Shown: positions 61,831 through 64,000 of the stretch, in pieces | Layout of the letters: each line of letters begins with the position of its first letter | How positions within the stretch are numbered: the first letter of the stretch is position 1 | DNA from: an uncultured Bacteroidales bacterium | Lineage (GTDB): Bacteria; Bacteroidota; Bacteroidia; Bacteroidales; VadinHA17 | Length of the DNA stretch: 64,000 bases | Direction: 5' to 3' | Assembly (NCBI GenBank): GCA_963825165.1 | Contig: CAWGRY010000006.1 | Span: 465,086 to 529,085 of the forward strand | Program-made: the position numbers and the translations under genes | The notes under the pieces: model-generated | Databases searched by the model: none | Told to the model about the DNA's origin: nothing | What the model saw: the letters and a program-made list of their open reading frames with translations, nothing else

Positions 61831-63354
61831 CTATTGACTATTGCCTGTTTCAGGCTTCATCTGCGGGAAGAACAGCACATCCTGAATAGAAGGCTGGTTA
61901 GTCATAAACATGGCCAGCCTGTCGATGCCAATGCCCATCCCTGATGTTGGAGGCATGCCATATTCAAGCGCTCTTACAAAATCCATGTCGATGAACATCG
62001 CCTCATCATCACCTTTTTCCGAAAGACGAAGCTGCTCCTGAAACCGCTCCAGCTGATCGATGGGATCATTCAGCTCAGAGTAGGCGTTGGCCAGCTCCTT
62101 GCCGTTCACCATCAGCTCAAAGCGCTCGGTGAGTCCTTCCTTGCTTCTGTGCTTCTTGGTCAGGGGTGATGTCTCCTGCGGGTAATCGATTATAAATGTT
62201 GGCTGGACGAAGTTATGTTCGCATTTCTCCCCGAAGATGAGGTCAATCAGCTTACCCTTTCCCATCGAGGGCGAGTGGCCAATGCCGAGCCTGTCACATT
62301 CTTTTCGAAGGTCATCCTCACTCATTCCCGTGATGTCAATACCGGCATATTCCTTTATGGCATCCGTCATTGATATGCGCCTGTAAGGTGCAGAAAAGTC
62401 AATTATATTATCGCCCAGTGGCACTTTGGTGGTTGCATAAAGATCCATCGCCACCTTTTCCATTATCTCTTCGGTGAACTTCATCATCCAGTTGTAGTCT
62501 TTGTAGGCGACGTATATCTCCATGACCGTGAACTCGGGATTATGGGTACGGTCCATTCCCTCATTGCGGAAATCTTTTGAGAACTCATAAACGCCGTCAT
62601 ATCCTCCCACTATCAGCCTCTTCAGGTAGAGTTCATTGGCAATGCGCAGGTAAAGGGGTATATCGAGTGCATTATGATGCGTTTTAAATGGGCGCGCTGC
62701 AGCGCCACCGGGGATTGGTTGCAGTACCGGCGTCTCCACCTCGAGAAATCCGTGTGCATCAAAGAGCTCCCGCATCGATTTTACTATCTGTGTGCGTTTG
62801 CGGAAGGTCTCTCGGACATCAGGATTGATTATAAGGTCAACGTAACGCTGGCGGTAGCGCATTTCAGGATCAGTAACGGCGTCATACACAACGCCATCCT
62901 TCTCCTTTACTATGGGAAGGGGCCGGAGCGACTTGCTCAGAAGGGTAAGCTCCTTAACGTGCACGGTTATCTCCCCCATCTGTGTCCTGAAAACAAATCC
63001 TTTTATACCGATGATATCACCTATGTCAAGCAGCTTTTTGAAGAGGGTGTTGTACTGGGTTTTATCCTCTCCGGGACAGAGATCGTCGCGACGTACATAG
63101 ATCTGTATGCGGCCTGAAGAATCCATCAGTTCTGCAAAAGAAGCATTGCCCATTATGCGGCGGCTCATGAGACGGCCCGCCAGGCACACATCCGGATAAT
63201 TGTTCTCGTCATCTTTAAAGCCGGCAAGTATCTCTGTGGCTGTCATATTTACCGGATACATTGCGGCCGGGTAGGGATCGATGCCAAGCTTTCTTATATC
63301 TTCAAGCGATTGTCTGCGAACCTGTTCCTGTTCGCTGAGGTGAGGTGTGGTCAT
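61831..63354 (-). CDS. lysS: lysyl-tRNA synthetase (class II)
   Basis: [47 protein letters not shown]; TACCTTTG -7 box at 63380-63373. Confidence 0.98.
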   Translation of the reverse strand: MTTPHLSEQEQVRRQSLEDIRKLGIDPYPAAMYPVNMTATEILAGFKDDENNYPDVCLAGRLMSRRIMGNASFAELMDSSGRIQIYVRRDDLCPGEDKTQYNTLFKKLLDIGDIIGIKGFVFRTQMGEITVHVKELTLLSKSLRPLPIVKEKDGVVYDAVTDPEMRYRQRYVDLIINPDVRETFRKRTQIVKSMRELFDAHGFLEVETPVLQPIPGGAAARPFKTHHNALDIPLYLRIANELYLKRLIVGGYDGVYEFSKDFRNEGMDRTHNPEFTVMEIYVAYKDYNWMMKFTEEIMEKVAMDLYATTKVPLGDNIIDFSAPYRRISMTDAIKEYAGIDITGMSEDDLRKECDRLGIGHSPSMGKGKLIDLIFGEKCEHNFVQPTFIIDYPQETSPLTKKHRSKEGLTERFELMVNGKELANAYSELNDPIDQLERFQEQLRLSEKGDDEAMFIDMDFVRALEYGMPPTSGMGIGIDRLAMFMTNQPSIQDVLFFPQMKPETGNSQ

Positions 63355-63495
63355 GCTGGTTTAAAATTTTTGCAAAGGTAATAATCGTAAGGTAGCAGAC
63401 AATAGACATCGGGGGCTGAAGGTCAGTTGAAAAGTTGAAGAGGTTGAGTGGTTTAGGTAACTTATCAGCTATTTCTGGTTTCTTACTTAGTTTGA

Positions 63496-64000
63496 TCAGA
63501 TGTCGGTTAGTTCAATATTCTTTTGATCCCTTGCGGTGACTCTCTCCCTGAAAAGCCTCTGAAGCTTCAGTGTGATATCGCCAGGTGTGCCGTTGCCGAT
63601 TGTCTGGTCACCGATACGGATGACGGGAACAACTTCACCTGATGTGTTTGTGATAAAGGCTTCATTCATATACGGAATCATATCCGCAGCAACGGCTTCC
63701 TCAACCAGTCTGATGCCGTTCTCTGCCGCGATAGAAATAACATTTTTGCGCGTTATGCCTGACAGAATTTTGTTTGACTCCGGATGGGTATAAACAGTGT
63801 CCCCTCTTACAAAGAAAATGTTTGAATGTGCACCCTCGGTGACAAAACCGTCACGGATAAAACATACCTCTGCAAAACCGTTGTCATGTGCTTCCTGGTA
63901 GGGCAGTATATTGGCCAGGAGGGCTGTAGACTTTATATCGCAATGGTTCCAGCGCGGGTCAGGGGTGGGAGCGATGGCTATTCCCCTTTCCCAGAGCAGC
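63496..64000 (-). CDS. class IV (D-amino-acid-type) aminotransferase, 5' part outside window
   Basis: Open frame to window end: DPRW..CDIKSTALLAN, TEGAHSNIFFV, ILSGITR, EAFITNTS.EV.PV. Confidence 0.88.
   Translation of the reverse strand, partial: LLWERGIAIAPTPDPRWNHCDIKSTALLANILPYQEAHDNGFAEVCFIRDGFVTEGAHSNIFFVRGDTVYTHPESNKILSGITRKNVISIAAENGIRLVEEAVAADMIPYMNEAFITNTSGEVVPVIRIGDQTIGNGTPGDITLKLQRLFRERVTARDQKNIELTDI

Overview
This window looks like a chromosomal segment of a Bacteroidales-type bacterium, based on TAnnTTTG -7 promoters, a T9SS sorting domain and GH97. It is mostly housekeeping: ruvC, serS, rplU-rpmA, thyA-folA, tRNA-Leu/tig-clpP-clpX, tatC-lptB, recQ, carB/argR-argG-argH, ppk2, carA, rsmA, purH, mreBCD-mrdA-rodA and lysS. 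Two accessory regions stand out. (1) At 18.3-21.05 kb, with an outlier at 24.3 kb, about 19 copies of a 26-bp element (5-bp stem, GTA triloop, 9 nt, GTAG) form 49-51-bp-period arrays bracketing a GT2 gene and a GNAT gene. The stem occurs in three fully compensatory sequence variants, and two arrays end right before a start codon. This is REP-like rather than CRISPR. (2) At 27.6-42.1 kb there is a polymorphic-toxin island: a small YD-strand plus T9SS-CTD protein, a 2409-aa signal-peptide SpvB/FG-GAP/Rhs toxin with a membrane immunity gene, a 2.1-kb collinear orphan Rhs module with a different tip and lipoprotein immunity, and further decayed fragments. Also notable: a 1-nt frameshift in the carB allosteric domain, tandem ARG boxes over the argR promoter, a probable arginine synthetase (ArcE family) and a vasohibin-like Cys-His-Ser protein. 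All family assignments come from motif recognition by eye; no searches were run.
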